Shown here piece by piece: positions 11,476 to 25,656 of a stretch of DNA of 64,000 nt (the first letter of the stretch is position 1; each line of letters starts with the position of its first letter). The translations under genes and the position numbers were made by a program. The DNA comes from Vicugna vicugna (Eukaryota), in assembly GCA_013265495.1 (NCBI GenBank), contig MU058636.1, forward strand, positions 248,001 to 312,000. The letters run 5' to 3'. The notes beneath the pieces are model-generated. The model was not told the origin of the DNA. It worked only from the letters and a program-made list of their open reading frames with translations, and made no database searches.

Positions 11476-12994
11476 AGACTCACACTGACTTGGAGGCTGA
11501 TTTTATCATCAGTCAGAGATTTCCAGGGACTGCCTGCTGTGCGGTCTTGCCTGTGCTTTTTAGGGGTAGGGGACAGGGAAGCGGGCGTATCTTTGGGCTG
11601 GCTAGGAGCGAAGTGAGCAGACATGGACTACTCAAAGCCTTGTATGAGTGAATAATTGAATTAATTAAATATATTAAATATTCATATAATTTTTCAGTTC
11701 ATGGTTTATACATGAGCCTAAGTTTCAGAATACACTGAATAGGCTCTGAGAAATTAAAGTGTGGCCTGCTGTTCTATAAGATGGTCTTCAAATATTTGCT
11801 TCACCTTGACTGTGTTTTTCATGAGGAATTATTGTTGGTAATGTGATTCATACTTTATTCAAGAATTGATTATAAATGGATTCTCTTGGCACTATAGCTT
11901 AAGCATTTTACAAAATGTTGTCCAACATTGTTTTAGCACTTGAATGTCACTGAAATCAAGCTTTATAACAATATTGATTTTTTTTAAAATAAGGCTTTTT
12001 TTTTTTAAAATAAGGCTTTTTACTTGGTTCTGAATGCCAGCTAAAAGTTGGTAAAGCTATTCAAAGGATATTTTCCTAAAAGTGAGTTGGTAAAGGATTT
12101 TTTTTTCTTAATATAATTTTTCTTGCGGAAGCATGAATGGTTTTTCTTGGAGCGTGGGGTAGGGAGTGTCTATCCCAGACTGTTTGCTTCTAAATCAAGG
12201 CTTTTGAAAAGAAGGGACTACGTGGGACAGAGGCCCTGATGCCCATTCATGGAGTTGGGGTGTTGGTGTATTTGGTCGCCCTGCATCTCCGGAGGCTGCC
12301 CTTCCTGGAGCGGAGCTGTCTCGCTTACCTTCTGGACCCCAGGCCCTCCCTGGCTTGGAACCTCAGGGGTCTTGGCAGTTGCTCTGTGACCGCCTTCATG
12401 GGCAACTGGCGTTCTGACTTCACAGAAAGGACTGGCGTTTGCTGGGGAGGGATGTGGTGGTGGGGCACTGGGCGAGGTTAGGGATGGCAGTGTGCTACGA
12501 TTCTGAACAGGGATGGATGGTTCAGGGTTAACGCTTGGACTAGTTTACCCACAAAAGAGGCTCAGCCTGGCCCCCAGGAGTGAGGAAGTCACTGCCGGAG
12601 CTGGCTGTAGCCTTGGCACCGCAGGAGTGCCCGACATGGTAACTCTGAATTCCAAGCAGTTCCTTGAAATTCTGGGAGTCTGTGCCATGTAACTGGATGT
12701 CTCTCTAAACCTTGTTCTTGACACTGAAAACAATGCCGGTGTTTGATCTAAAGCTGTGGTGGGCTGAAGTTTTCCGTTGTTGAAGCCAATGAATTTGGAT
12801 TATCATAGAGAAATATGACATGGTCTTCACTCCTGGGCGTTGATTTTCTAGGGCCTCAGCTGCGAAGACAGTGACTGTCTTCAGTCATTCAGAACTGAGT
12901 AGACATTGCAGCGTCCGTCTACACGTGTAAGATCTTACATATATCCACCTTACGAGATGCCTTTTTTCTGAAGTGTACGATCGCATCTCCTTTA

Positions 12995-13230
12995 ACATTC
13001 AACAGCTTTATTCGGCTGTAATTCACATACCATATAACCATCCATGTAAAGGATGCAATTCAGTGCCTTTGAGTACTTTTAGAGTTGTACAACCATGAAC
13101 ACAATTTTGGAACATTTTTGTCACTTCCAGAGGAAACTGTACTGTTTAGCTATCTTCTCCCCATCCTTCCTCCCTCAGCTCGAAGCAGCCACTCATCTTC
13201 TTTCTGTCTCTGCAGGTTTTCCTGTTCTCC
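12995..13230 (-). mobile_element. Old L1 (L1MB-like) 3' end
   Basis: aacagctttatt...taattcacataccata motif. Confidence 0.65.
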
Positions 13231-15799
13231 ACATTCCACGTGCAGGATGCCGTTTTCCTTTAAGCGTTTTAAGTTAAACAGTAAATGCTTACAGAAAACT
13301 TGCCACTTAGAGGGGGCCGGTGGCAAACATTAAAGTTTGTGTATCTAAATTTGAAAAAAATGTTTCAAGGTGAAAAAAAATTTTTTTCCAGAAAGTATCT
13401 TGAAATGATTTACTGATCAAAGGAATGGACAGTATTTATGTAATCAAGATCAGGCAGTGAAGTCTTTTTGTGTGATTATCAGCATACCATTTACAACTGT
13501 GAGTTTCAAGGCTGTAAAGGGATTTTCTCAGTGTTTGAAGTGAGGTCTTGCAAAGCAAGGTAGGCATGTTTACAGTTGCTCAGTTTTGAATGAGTCCTTC
13601 ATTTCAGGTGGGAGTTTTAGTTAGCAAAAATCTTCATTAAAGCAATAACCTGACTTTGTCAAGCTACTGCATTTCTTAGGTTGGTTTGTCTTACAAGAAA
13701 ATGGCTTTATGAATATTTTGTTGGTTTTGCCGGGATAAGTTTAAAATAGAATTTTGCCTTTACTGAAAAGGGAATTGAGCACTGGGTTTTTACAGCATCG
13801 TAGTTTTATGTATTATACTGCGATCCTGGTGTCTGAAAGGATATTTTTGTCTTAAAAAATAGAGGACAAAGTCATATTCAAAACCGGTGTGTGCGTGAAT
13901 AGTGGTGTCAGAGGATGCGTGTGGTCCTGGATCTAAGATCGTGGAGGGCGGGAGGATGAACGGTTGTCTCTGAACATCTAGAGCTGCGGAGCTGAGGTGG
14001 GAGCCGGTCTTCACACTTAGGGTGCTTGCCATTTAACAGGGAAACAATACCGAGATCCCGGTAACGACCGTGACTTCCTTCTGATTCCTATACAGATCGT
14101 TGTTTTAAAAACCGGGGTTTACATGTCTCGTTTGAGACAACTGTTCTTGGCAAGTTGGGCAAAGGTACAGGTGTATAAAAATCCTTAGCGAGCAGTTGGT
14201 TGTGTTGAATGCATTCCGTTTTCCTACTTTACAACAGTCTCAAGATTTTCAGACATTTATGCTGTTTTTATTTATCTGTTTATTTTTGTATTTTTTAATA
14301 AAAATTGTATTTAAGGTGTACAACCTGACGGCTTGATAGAAATACTGCGGTCAGGCTAGTTAACATATCACCTGCTCACACAGTTACTGCTCACTCTTCT
14401 TAATTTAGAGGCATGTGCTCAGTCAGTGTCCGAACCAGGGCCTCCCACCCTGTGTCCTGACCACGAGCGAGCGCCGTGTGTGTCCGGCGTCCTTCATACC
14501 TGCGCGCAGCGGTTCACGCTGCAGAAGATGCTTGTCATCAGAACTTCGATCAGGTCTGCACCCCCGGGCAGGCCTCTGAGGCGCTCTGCAGGTAAAAGCA
14601 TTCGACCCAGGGGCCTTTGGCATTGTGTATTTCAGGTAACCATGAAATGCTTGAGCTTTGTTGAAATACGTTTTTAGAAACAGAAAAGTGTGGCAGCCTT
14701 GGGCAATACTAGAGTTTGTGTGCATAACATTTGATCTGGTTCCTCTGCAGTTGAAAAAGTAGAAACATGGACTGCAGAAAACCCGACAGCCAGAGTTTAG
14801 TCACGTGAGCTTTTGTGAGGTTACCTAGAAAGTGGCAGCCAGGTGTCCATTCCGCCCCCTATGGCTGCGTCACTCAACAGACAGCAAAGCGTGCTCAGAA
14901 ATGCTGATCAGCAATCCTTTCAAGAGGGACAATGCTTTGAGAGAACAAAAGGAGAGGTCCGACCATTGTTGGGATGCAGGGATGTTCTGCAAAGAAATTT
15001 CCTGAAATCCATGAGGTTGGTTTGACCACTGAAATGCCGATCTATCCTTTTCTCCTAAATGAAAGCCAGCTCTTCAAAACTTAAACTGTAGGCTGTTAGC
15101 TACCCTTACCTATTTTAAAAAAATTAGATGTAGTTAAGAAAGGCTTTGGGATTGAGTTTGGGATGTTGTCGTTGGTCATTCTGAGGGATTGTTTCCTGTA
15201 TCTTGGGCATTTGTCACTCCACAGGCTCCTGGAGGGAGCTGGCTGGTTTTAGCTTTCAGACCTGCCTGAGACAAGGTGACAGCTGGAGAGGGGGCCAAGC
15301 TTGTCGCATAAGTTCTGTGTCCGCATCAGTGGGCTCCAGACCTTTCTGATCGCATGTCCCATCCGTAAAACCTTTTACCATGAACCTGTCATACGTGTAT
15401 CTAACTGTCTAACTCTCATGAGTTATTATCTCAAGACCCAATACCTATTTACCAAGATTCTCGGTTAAGAATTATGGATGTAAATCCATATTGTTGGTAA
15501 TTTTCTTGATTTTGGACATTTTTGGCTGATTTATCAGATTTGATTAAATATCCTGACATTCAACCTGGAAGAGCGGTTTTGAAGAGCTTTTGCTTCCTGG
15601 AGGTGCCGGTCCTGAGGTTTACTTGCTGCCCTTAGTTCATCCCTTTCAGGCTGTGGCTGGCCGCGCTGCGCGAGTCGGAAGCCACTGCTCTTTTTGGGAG
15701 GGTTAGTTGAGTTGAAATTAGGTTAATGGATCCATAAACACCCCTCACTGGACACAGAATAAGCAGAGAACAGCCAGGGGAGGCTCCCACTCTCACCCC

Positions 15800-16160
15800 C
15801 GTCCTAGTCACCGCAGCTGCCGTCACAAGATACCACAGCCAGGGACTCAGACAACGAAGTTTGTCTTCCCACAGTCGTGGAGGCTGGAAGTCCTGGAGGA
15901 GGGTGCCAGCAGGGTTGGGTTTGGTGAGGACGCTCTTCCTGACTTGCAGACGACAACCTCACTGTGTGATGAGAGAGACACCAAGCTTTCCGCTGCCCCT
16001 TCTTGGAAGGGCACTGACCCCATCGCAGTGGCCCCACCCTCACGACCTCATCTCAACTTCAGAGCTTCCCAAAGGCCCCCCCCAAATACCATCACAGGGC
16101 AGGGTGGGGGCCATTAGGGCTCCAACATGTGGGTTTTCGGGGGACACAGCTGAGCCCTGG
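15800..16160 (-). mobile_element. MLT1 (ERVL-MaLR) LTR
   Basis: cacagtcgtggaggctggaagtcc...cccaaataccatcaca...ggggacacag. Confidence 0.75.
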
Positions 16161-18665
16161 CACCCCCCTCCCCCACTGCTAGGAGTTCTCCTTCAGCTGT
16201 GTTACGGAGGATCACGGAGGGCACCAGTGTCAGTCCATTCAAGAAATGTCATTAAAGCCCAATTTTTGAAGGTGCCTGTGCATGTGAGCTCTGATTGCTT
16301 CTTCCCACACCCTGCGGTGGAGCCAACCGCTTTAGATTCTCATCCTCGGAGGAAACCTACCTGGTCTGACCCAGTCTGACTTTGACCTTGGGCCTCAGCA
16401 GCACAGAGACTGAGCGCAGCAAGGAGACGCAGTGCGCTAAGAACAGAGCTGGTGTAAGTTCACATTAAACTTACCGTGACTTCCGTACAGCCAAACGCCA
16501 GCTAGGATCCTTTCCTGTAGATTGGTAAAAACCTTAAACTCGGTCCCAGTGGATAATTAGATTGCTATCCAGTTGTGAACATAAAGTCTGTATTTTTCTT
16601 TCCCCATCTTTCCCTCCCCCTCCCTTCCTTGTTTGGACTGTCAGCTTCTCAGCCACTCGGACTCCGCTTTGACTGCCCCTAAGGGCCTGGGTGCTGTGCG
16701 TAATACAGAACCTGAATGCTGAATTGCAGATTCAGTTCTATAAAGGGATAGTCCTTAAATTATCCAATCAAAAAATTACTCCTTTATCTTGATTCCTGTA
16801 AAGGGTGGAGGTTTTGAAAGTGTTACTGTCTAGCATATGAAATATGTTACGGAGCTCTGACGATTTAAAAATAGAGCTCATTATGTGAAAACAGGAAAGC
16901 TGTTTGCTGAGTAGTATCATGATTATTCCCCTGCATCCTAGCTCTGTTGAAACTGCCTCCTATTAATTTTTAACGCTCCCTTTACAAATTGGAGTTCCTT
17001 AATCATTCCAGGGCTGATCTATCAGAGTAAATTGAATGATTTCCTGTAATGGCTCTGAAGGGCAAAGAGAAATGTTAACTTCTCTCCGTGTCACCGTCCT
17101 GCCTGCCAGCTGTCCCACGGTTTTACTGCCACTTACATTTCAAGTTCTGTTCTCTCCGTGTACTTAGACCTCGCAGGAGAAACGATTTTAAGGACAGGAG
17201 TGTGTGTGTACGTATGTACACAGTCATTCTGTCTACGGTGGCCTCGGCATAGGTCAGCTGTGCTTATAAGCCAAACGTCGTCAATATTACAAAGTCGCGG
17301 AACTCCAAGGCCAGAGGCAACGTCATGGGAGATTCATACTGGTGCCTTTACCAGTCTCCGCCCTCCGTCCTGTGTAAACGTGCACACGCACGCACACCTG
17401 AAACTGTCTCTCAGTGCTTGCAATTCATTTGCCTACAAATGAAGGTCTGTCTCCATTAAGGGTTGGAGAAGTTGTCTATATCTTTGCCCTTGAAACTGCA
17501 TCTGAGAACTCCAAAACTAATATTAACCTTTGAGGAAATATTGAGAAAGCTGGCTGTCACTAATCAGCCACTGACCTTTTTTTTTCATGTTTCTAATTCC
17601 GATTCCCGGGGACCGCACATTTCGAGTTTTGTGGACCATTTGATAACATTTTCTTTGGATGGTTCATGGGCATAATGCAGTGTTGCAATATTTTGTCATA
17701 TGTCATACACTTAAATAGACAAGAAGCTATTTTTAATACAGTGCTATAGAGCAAAATAAGTTTTATAGAAACCAACCCACGATCTTTGAGGATTTTGGAA
17801 TAGTGGATTGCTTTATAAGAAAGTTGACTGACTTTGATTTTAAATCTTGATTCTTTCTATATAAATAGTTTGCAGATATTGCTTTAAGATTCTTCCACAT
17901 CCGTATGTTTTCTCACACAGGTGAAAGTAAATCGATCACACATCATATATTCTTTTGAACTATTTTAAGAAGGGACCTCATGACTTTCGATATTTTGAGA
18001 TACTATGATTAGAAAAAAATGAATGTACACCTGATCTTAGCCAAAAAGCCAAGAAGTGATGAAAAAATGAATATAATAAGAATGTCTAGGCTTTTTGAGA
18101 AACTGATACACTGCTTACTTTTTGAAATACATCTGGTATTTAAAAAACTAGAACAGCATGAAAATGAGCTCATGCACGCCCGTGGAATAACAATGTTTAT
18201 AACGTGACGAGTGGGGCTGTGGTTGGGTCGTGGAGCTTTGTGGTCACGTTGGTGAGACTTTGACGGTCTCTGACTAAAAAGGAATTGCCTCTAAGACTTT
18301 TTGCCAGGTTTTTGTACCCCATGAACGATTGAATGCATTTTATAGGATCTGTGAAATGGTGTCAGTGTGCTGGTCCCTTTCCGCCCTCAGCTCCCCGTCC
18401 TCGTGTCTTGCACTCTGCGGGCTGCACTGCGCTGCTCGGCTCCCTTTGCCTGGCTGAGGACACCCGGGTATGCAGATTATTTTGTTAAAAAACCTTACAT
18501 TGCATAAGAAAAGCGTGTTTATTTGGTCTGGGGCAGGGCTCTGATTTGTTTGAAACTAGGACTAGGTGACTGCAGAATGTGGTCCTCATTGTCACCCTGT
18601 CCTGCAGTGCATAGTTCATAGGGTTATTGTGAGGATTAATTAGATGAGTTAATATGCATAAAGCA

Positions 18666-18929
18666 GGGGGAGGGTAGAGCTCAGTGGTAGAGCATGTACT
18701 TAGCATGCACGAGGTCATGGGTTCAATCCCCAGTACTGCCATTAAAAAAACAATAATAAATAAATGAATAAATAAAAAAAAAAACTAATTACCTCCCTTC
18801 CTCCTTCCTCCTAGAAAAACAAGGATAAAATATTGGGCTTTCAAAAGGAAAAAAATAGAAAAAGAATAAGAAAAATAAAAGTTGAAAAAATAAAGTGACA
18901 ATATAGGCTGACAATTAAAAATTTTTTTA
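18666..18929 (+). mobile_element. tRNA-derived SINE (camelid Vic-1-like) inserted in a MIR remnant
   Basis: A box AGCTCAGTGG, B box GGTTCAATCC, A-rich tail; TSD aatatgcataaa at 18651-18662 and 18930-18941. Confidence 0.88.
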
Positions 18930-19249
18930 AATATGCATAAAACACTTTAAACCGTGCCTGGCTGAGTGAGTCATGAATTTTGCATTTTAGATTGTATGTT
19001 TGGCAGTAACTTTCTTCAAAACTCTGTACATATTGCTTGAGTCAAAAAAAAACCACATAGGTTTTGAGTTGCATTCAGAGATTCAGAAATAACGTGCAGA
19101 TTGAGTGGATGAGCGGATGTAAGGAACAAGCACAAACATCTTCTTGCAGCAGCCTGATTTGTAAGATTTAATTTTAGGATTTGCCTGAGGTTATCAGGGA
19201 GAATTGATTTTATTTTATTATTATTGTTATTTAAAAAATTATGCACCAG

Positions 19250-19440
19250 ATGTGTTCTTTATTAATTGGCTGTAATAAATACCACAGATGGGGTGGTTTA
19301 AACAGCAGAAATTTATGTTCCCACGGTCCTGGAGCTGGAAACCCAGGACCAAGGCGCTGGCCGGGGTCGGGCTCGTCTGAAGGTCTCCCTCTCGGGCGCG
19401 TGGATGACCGTCTCCCCCTTGTGTCTCCACGTCACCGTCC

Positions 19441-19479
<39 letters not shown>

Positions 19480-19495
19480 CTGATGTCCTCTTTCT
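19250..19495 (-). mobile_element. MLT1 (MaLR) LTR fragment containing a TG microsatellite
   Basis: aaataccacagatggggtggtttaaacagcagaaattta... Confidence 0.7.
19444..19477. repeat. (TG)17 microsatellite
   Basis: Direct count. Confidence 0.95.
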
Positions 19496-21846
19496 TTTTT
19501 TTGAGAATTTGAAATTACTAAGTGTCTTTTGGGAAAATGTAACATAAAAAGCTCTCAGTGTGTACTATCTTTTTTTTTGGTTGTTTTCTTTTCTTTTTTT
19601 GAGGGAAGGCAATCAAGTCAGGTGAAATGGGTAAAGCAAACTTGGTAGGTCCTGGCTTACCAGTTCCCAGCTGGACGATTTGCACCAGCAATTTCTCTGA
19701 GGCTGCGCTTCCCCGACTGTCAGATGGGAAGCATGCTTCCTTGAAGGCTTCTTGTGATGTTAAATGAGGTTCCAGACATTTAACACCGTGGGTCTGGCCT
19801 GTCATGTGGTCCGGTTGCTTCCTCCCCGCTTTTTCTTTTTGATTGTGATCAATACACATAGCGTAAAACTTAGCATCTTCACTGTGTTTGAGAGTACGTT
19901 TCAACAGGGTTAAGTCCACTCACACTATCGTGGGTGCCACCTCCAGCACGCCTTCCGTCTTCCCAAACAGACTTTCTCTCCATCCAACAGCTCCCTCAGC
20001 CCCCACCACCCTGCTGCCTGTCCCTCTGGATCTGATACCCCAGACACCTCGTGTGATAGCCTCACCGCGCTTGGCAGTGGTGCTTCCCCACCGTCGTAGG
20101 GAGGTCCAGGACTCTATCCAGCTGTCGTTTTTTTAATGGCGTCTCCATCCTTCGATTCAGCTCTGCTTTATCTTGTGTCTTCTGTGTACTGTGGAAGCAC
20201 CATTTAAAAAAAATTAGGAATAAGTGTAAAGGAGATCCAAGTGACTTTTCTTCCCTTCTGTTTCTGCACTGTGGTCAGCTCCATCCTCCCTTTGCCCCGT
20301 GGCCCTGGGAAAGCTGAAGTACGCCAGGGCTGGATGGAGAAGAAGGCGGAGGGGGCGCCGGGGCGGCTGGGCCGGGCTTTTGCTGGCGCTGCCTTGTCAG
20401 GTAGGCGGCTTCTCTGCCCCAGCTCAGGCTCTCACTCCCCACTTCCGCAGCGACCCCCACGCCCACCCCACTACCGTTTTTTCTGGGTGGTTATCGTTCC
20501 AGAAGAGTGAAGGCGCTGGGGTTCTCTCTGTCCAGGGATGTTGCCCCTTCTGTTCCGTCTTCAGTGAGATACACAGGGCAGTGCCCATCCCATCCCTAGC
20601 TTTGGGGTCCATGGCCGCATGTTCCTTCTCATCCTGGGTTCTGGCTGCGGCGAGTTACCCGCTGGGCCTCCAACCATGCACTTTCCCTGGAATGCTCTCT
20701 CCTTCCCGGCTAAAGCCTCTCCTGCTGGCCAGCTCGGGCTTTCAAGGCTCAAGTCTCACATCACTGAAGAAGCACGTCTTTCTTGTCTGGCATCCAGCCC
20801 GCCTTGGCAGGCTGAGCCCCCTCCCTCCCAGTCCCCAGGCCCGCCCTGACTTCTCTGCTGGGACCTTGTGTTGTGTCACATCTGCTTTTATGTCTGATCC
20901 CCAGCTCGGCTGCATCACCCTTGGTGGACAACTCTGTCTGCCTCACTGAGTGCCCTGCTGGCCCCAGCACACGGCCCAGCCAGGCGGGAGCAGAGTCTTG
21001 GCCGAGTGACCTTGCTCCGCAGGTGAAGGTCAGATTGTACAGGAAATAGGAATTGGCTTTGCATATTGTTACCAGATTTCCCTTGTACTTAATTGCTTAC
21101 TGAACAAACCCCCAAAGCTGTTACTGAAGCCTCAGAAGTTGATGTATTGTGTTTCTGATGTGCTTTTATACATAAAGTATTCTCGAAAGGGGCGGCTGAG
21201 TTACATGCTTTTAATGTCAGTTCCTCAGATTTAAGAGATTGATATCTGCCCTCAGACACGGGCACCTTTGGGATTTTATGTGAGAGCTGGCATCCTTCGT
21301 CATTTATGTCAACTCAAGTTTAAAATCTGCTTATTCGACACATTTATTTTTGGCCCCCGGTCCACACTGGTCCCTGTGCGGCCACAGGGAGACGGTGGGA
21401 AACGGGAGGCCTCTGCATTCGTGGTTCTGATCATTGGACCCCCCTCTAGTCCCCTCTGCACTCCAGCTTTTTGGGGCAGTTTGGGTGACGGTGATGACTT
21501 CGAGCCCACACGTGCTCATGAAAATTGAAAGATTTCGAGTTTTTCATAAAATTGAAGCTATTTCATGAAGTAATGAAAATATTTTCATATGAAATAATAG
21601 TCATATGAAATATCAAAACTATTTCATAAATAATTTTCGTAATTTTAAAATTGGTAGGCCAAATCAAGAAAATAAAATATAACCGGAATGATTTAGGAGT
21701 TGTCTAAATTAAATGTTTTGCAGACGTCTTGGTTTTGTTCACTTTCCCTTACGACTCACTTGACAGTCACCGATGTGAATACCGTAGCCGCCTGTCAGCG
21801 GAGGACCCAGGTCCAGCCTGCTACGGAGATACCGAAGCGACTGAAC

Positions 21847-21966
21847 GGGCGGGGGTAGCGCAGGGGTAGCGCGCTCAGCTCCCCTGAGGTCCTGAGTTCT
21901 ATCCCCGGTACCGCCATCAAAATAAATAAATAAACCTAATCCCCCCCACCGCCGCCCAAGAAACCA
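21847..21966 (+). mobile_element. tRNA-derived SINE, GC-eroded copy
   Basis: Same head and taaacctaat tail as sister copies; TSD cgactgaac at 21838-21846 and 21967-21975. Confidence 0.8.
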
Positions 21967-24022
21967 CGACTGAACAAGTAGTTGTGCTTTTTCTTTTTTT
22001 GTACTATAATTTTATTATTTATTGCCAGGATTAGATAAAACTTTAATAAAGACAGTGTTTGCTGCCTGTTCTCTGGTCAGTTTTATATGTTTTAACTTCA
22101 TGATTGCTACTGAAAGTAATTTTGCCACATGGAGGAGAGGACTGTGAAAGCCCCGTCTTCTCTGGGTATGAGACACACGGAATGCAGCTGTGCCCACCCG
22201 TGGCCACGTCTCAGGCTCCCGGACCGCGGGCTGTGCCCCCGCACCTGTGCAGGTGCACTTGGCTGTAGCATCCTGTCTTTCAGGCCTCAGTTCCCTCCTG
22301 TGTAAGATGAGGGACTCGAATTAGATGTTCAGGGTCTCCTCCAGCTCTGAGATCCCGGGGTGACTGGATCCCGGGGGGGAGGCCTGGCTCTTGGGGAACT
22401 GCTTTGGCTGACCTACTGGCCGGTTACTGCTGTGACCCCCGCCTGCCGTCTTGAGGGCCCTTGGGGAGACGCTGGCGGCGGTGCGTGGATGTGCGCGTGG
22501 GCTTCCTGTTGCTTTGGTCCCTACGACTAGGACTGAGGTCTCCCTCTGCCCTTGGGAGGAAACGGACCCTCTGTCGGCCCCAGAGTTCATTTGTTCAGAC
22601 TTTTGAATTATATTCTTCCAAACTATATTCTTTCCTATCCACTTAGTCCGTCTGATGATAGCACTACTCTCCTGTCGCCGAGTTTTCAATTTGCTCATGA
22701 CTTTTGTGCGGCGTGTTTCATGCTGTGTCGTTAGTACCTAGAATTTCCCCCTGGTGGTGACGTGGCTGTCCTTAGTGCTTTGGCCTTAGACGGGAGTTCG
22801 ATGTCACCTGACAGCCTTTGCTTTCTTTTTGTCCGTGTGTGTGTCATGGCCCATGAACTTGCCTTCCCTCTCTCTGAGTTATGCAGCAGAAGCCCCACAG
22901 AGGGCCTGCCTCTGCCAGTGCGGGCGCCCACCTCTCCGTCGTCATAACTTTTTGATGGTGTGTTCCTTTGTTTCTTCTCTTGTTGTTGCTTCCGTGCCTT
23001 TTCCTGGACTCTTGGGCTGGGTTGCAGAGATGTATTGTGGGGTCGCTAAGCAGACGGGAGGAGCAGCATCAGTTTGGCCCACACAGCCCGTGCAGGCCCA
23101 GGAGGGGCCAACGGCATGTCCGAGACTGCACCACTGGGCCAGGGGGGCTTGTGGTAGATGTGGCTGGCAGTGGATGTGAGAACCATGCACATGCTGGTGG
23201 CCATTTGAGACACAGAAGTGAGTGGACAAGATGCTTGAGGACGTTGAATGAGAGAAGTTCCCTGTCTAAGGGCCCATCAATGAAGATGGGGAGGGGGGAC
23301 CCAGGGAGGAAGGTGGCAGAAGCCAAGGATGGCCCTTGGAGGAGGAGGTGGGCAGGAGCCCTTCTGCTGAGACAGTCACTGAGTGAAGAGAGCTTCAGGA
23401 GCCAGGTCTTGGGGGTGAAGGGCTGAGTGAGAGGTGGGGACATGGTGGGATGTTGGCAGTGATGGTTAGACACTACCAAGAATTCTTACAAATGGAAATG
23501 GAAAAGACCACCGAAATGGTGGGAAACGGGCACAGTATATGAAGATGTGATGGGGAGCAAAGACGCATGAACCACAAATGTGTGAAAATACGTTCAGTTT
23601 TGCTACAGTCAAGGGAGTGCAGATCAGTGTTACAGGACGTGGATGTGAGCCTGAGTAATACAAAAAGACTTTTACGCCTACTGCTGGCGGGGAAATGGAA
23701 GTAAAGGATATTCCCATGTATTGTTGATGGAATTATGAACTTTTAAAATATTCAATGTGATATAATTTGCTGCCTATTAAAATGGAAAATGTATGCTCCT
23801 CTTGGAACAGAAAAAGTACATTAGGTAAGAAACTTAGGAAGTCTGAACAAAATGTGGACTTTAGTTATAATTTTAAAAACTACACAATCATTAGACTCTT
23901 AATCCTAGTTAAGATAATCTACCTCCCCAAGGGAAACTCACCAACATTCCTGGACATGTGAACAAGGATATTCATTGTGATAGGTTTTCTGACATAAAAG
24001 TCTGGAAATAAAGGAAATGCTT

Positions 24023-24155
24023 GGGGAAGGGTATAGCTCAGTGGTAGAATGACTGCTTAGCATGCATGAGGTCCTGGGTTCAATCCCCAGTACCTCCATT
24101 AGTAAATAAATCAATCAATCTAATTACTCCCCCCAAACAAAAGAAAACAACAAAA
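24023..24155 (+). mobile_element. tRNA-derived SINE (Vic-1-like)
   Basis: A and B boxes; TSD aaaggaaatgct at 24010-24021 and 24156-24167. Confidence 0.9.
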
Positions 24156-24339
24156 AAAGGAAATGCTGAGGAGACTGATTGAATCAATTAAGGAATATTA
24201 TACAGCCATTAAAAAGAATGAATTAGAGCTATACCATTGACTTGCCTGTTCTGTTAGATGGCAGCACAGTAACGTTTTGGGATTTGGATAAGGAAAAGTT
24301 GGAAATAACACTTTGTGTGTGTTTAGAGGTATATTTATG

Positions 24340-24552
24340 TGGTGTGCCCTCATGGAAGGGATTAGTGCTCTTATAGAAGAGACCCCAGAGATTTCCCTCA
24401 CCCATCTCACCATATGAGGACACAGCGAAAAGATCAGTCTCAGAACTGGGAGGTCAGCTCTCACCAGACACCAAACCTGCTGGCACCTTGATCTTGGACT
24501 TCCCAGCCACCAGAACTGGGAAATAAATGTCTGCTGTGCATAAGCCACCCTG
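24340..24552 (+). mobile_element. MLT1A-like LTR fragment
   Basis: ctcatggaagggattagtgctcttata...tgctggcaccttgatcttggacttccc...aaataaatgtctg. Confidence 0.75.
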
Positions 24553-24699
24553 CAGTCACTTTTGTGAAGAGGTTGATAAATAACTGTTCAGGTTAAGAGT
24601 ATCAGAAATGTTCCCACTTGCCCCCTGGGGTTGTGATATAACAGTGTAGAGAAGAAAGTGTCAAAATATCAGCAACATATTACACTGGAAGTACGTGAG

Positions 24700-25270
24700 C
24701 CATGTTGGAGAAACAGTGTTTGAAATGTTCAGGGCCAGAGGCTAGTCTATAGGAAAATCTTCCAGATTTTAAGTTTTATTTATACAAGAAATTTGATGGA
24801 AATTTCTCTGAATTAGACACCAATCATAAAAATTTACAGGACACTGCTAGTCAAGAGTTAGAGATGAAAGAAACATTACCAAAAGATCAATGAAGAATAA
24901 CTGATCATACTAGAGGAAAGAAGTGCCTTTCCTTACTAGAGGAAAGAATGAACTGTCTTTCCATTCTTTCTGTAAAAGATTTTATAAAATTGTCATGTAA
25001 GAATTGGTTTAAGCAATGAAATAAGAAATATGAGGAAAAGTATTATAGAATACTAAATCTTTAATAAATATGCTGTTTTATGGGTGTGGTATACTTCAGC
25101 TTTCACGAATTATGTTGAGATTTCCCCCCATCATTCTAAATAAGTATTCATTTTTGTACCCTATTTTGTTCTTGTAATTCTATCTTAAAAACAAACTGAA
25201 ATTCCCAAATTGTATGTGTATTGTATATAAATGATATCCTGGCCCCACAAAATCTGGGTCTAATTCTGAG
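24700..25270 (+). mobile_element. Fossil hAT DNA transposon 3' part (transposase dimerisation-domain remnant)
   Basis: Broken translation LMEISLN*TPIIKIYRTLLVKS / DERNITK / ILEERMNCLSILSV resembles the hAT C-terminal domain. Confidence 0.55.
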
Positions 25271-25656
25271 AATATAAATAAATATTTTTGTATTTATTTA
25301 TTTATGTAGTTGAAGGATAGTCAGTTACAGTGTGTCAATTTCTGGTGTACAGCATCATGTCCCAGTCATGCATATATATACATTTATTCATTTTCATATG
25401 CTTTTTAAATGAATATTTTTAAATGAAAAGATGAGAATATGTTTAGGAATGAACGACAGTGCTTTTTAAAAAAACATTAAATAGCCACAAGTGAATATAC
25501 AGGGACCAGTTATTAAAATGAAATAAGACATGAAAATTCTTCCTTAAACATTGCTTTCCTGAGGATTTGTGTTAGACAATAATTGGGGAACGTGGTCCGG
25601 CTCAAACTTGCTGCTGCAACGAGATTTATGAGGCAGAAAACCCTGCTGCGACAGTC

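Noticed and set aside
18666..18745. tRNA gene-like sequences (also 24023, 34799, 38497, 62708)
   Set aside because: They have A-rich tails, TSDs, a shared non-tRNA 3' segment and imperfect stems, so they are SINE heads, not tRNA genes
20299..20949. 216-aa ORF in intron 2
   Set aside because: GTG start, no homology recognised, no supporting splice structure
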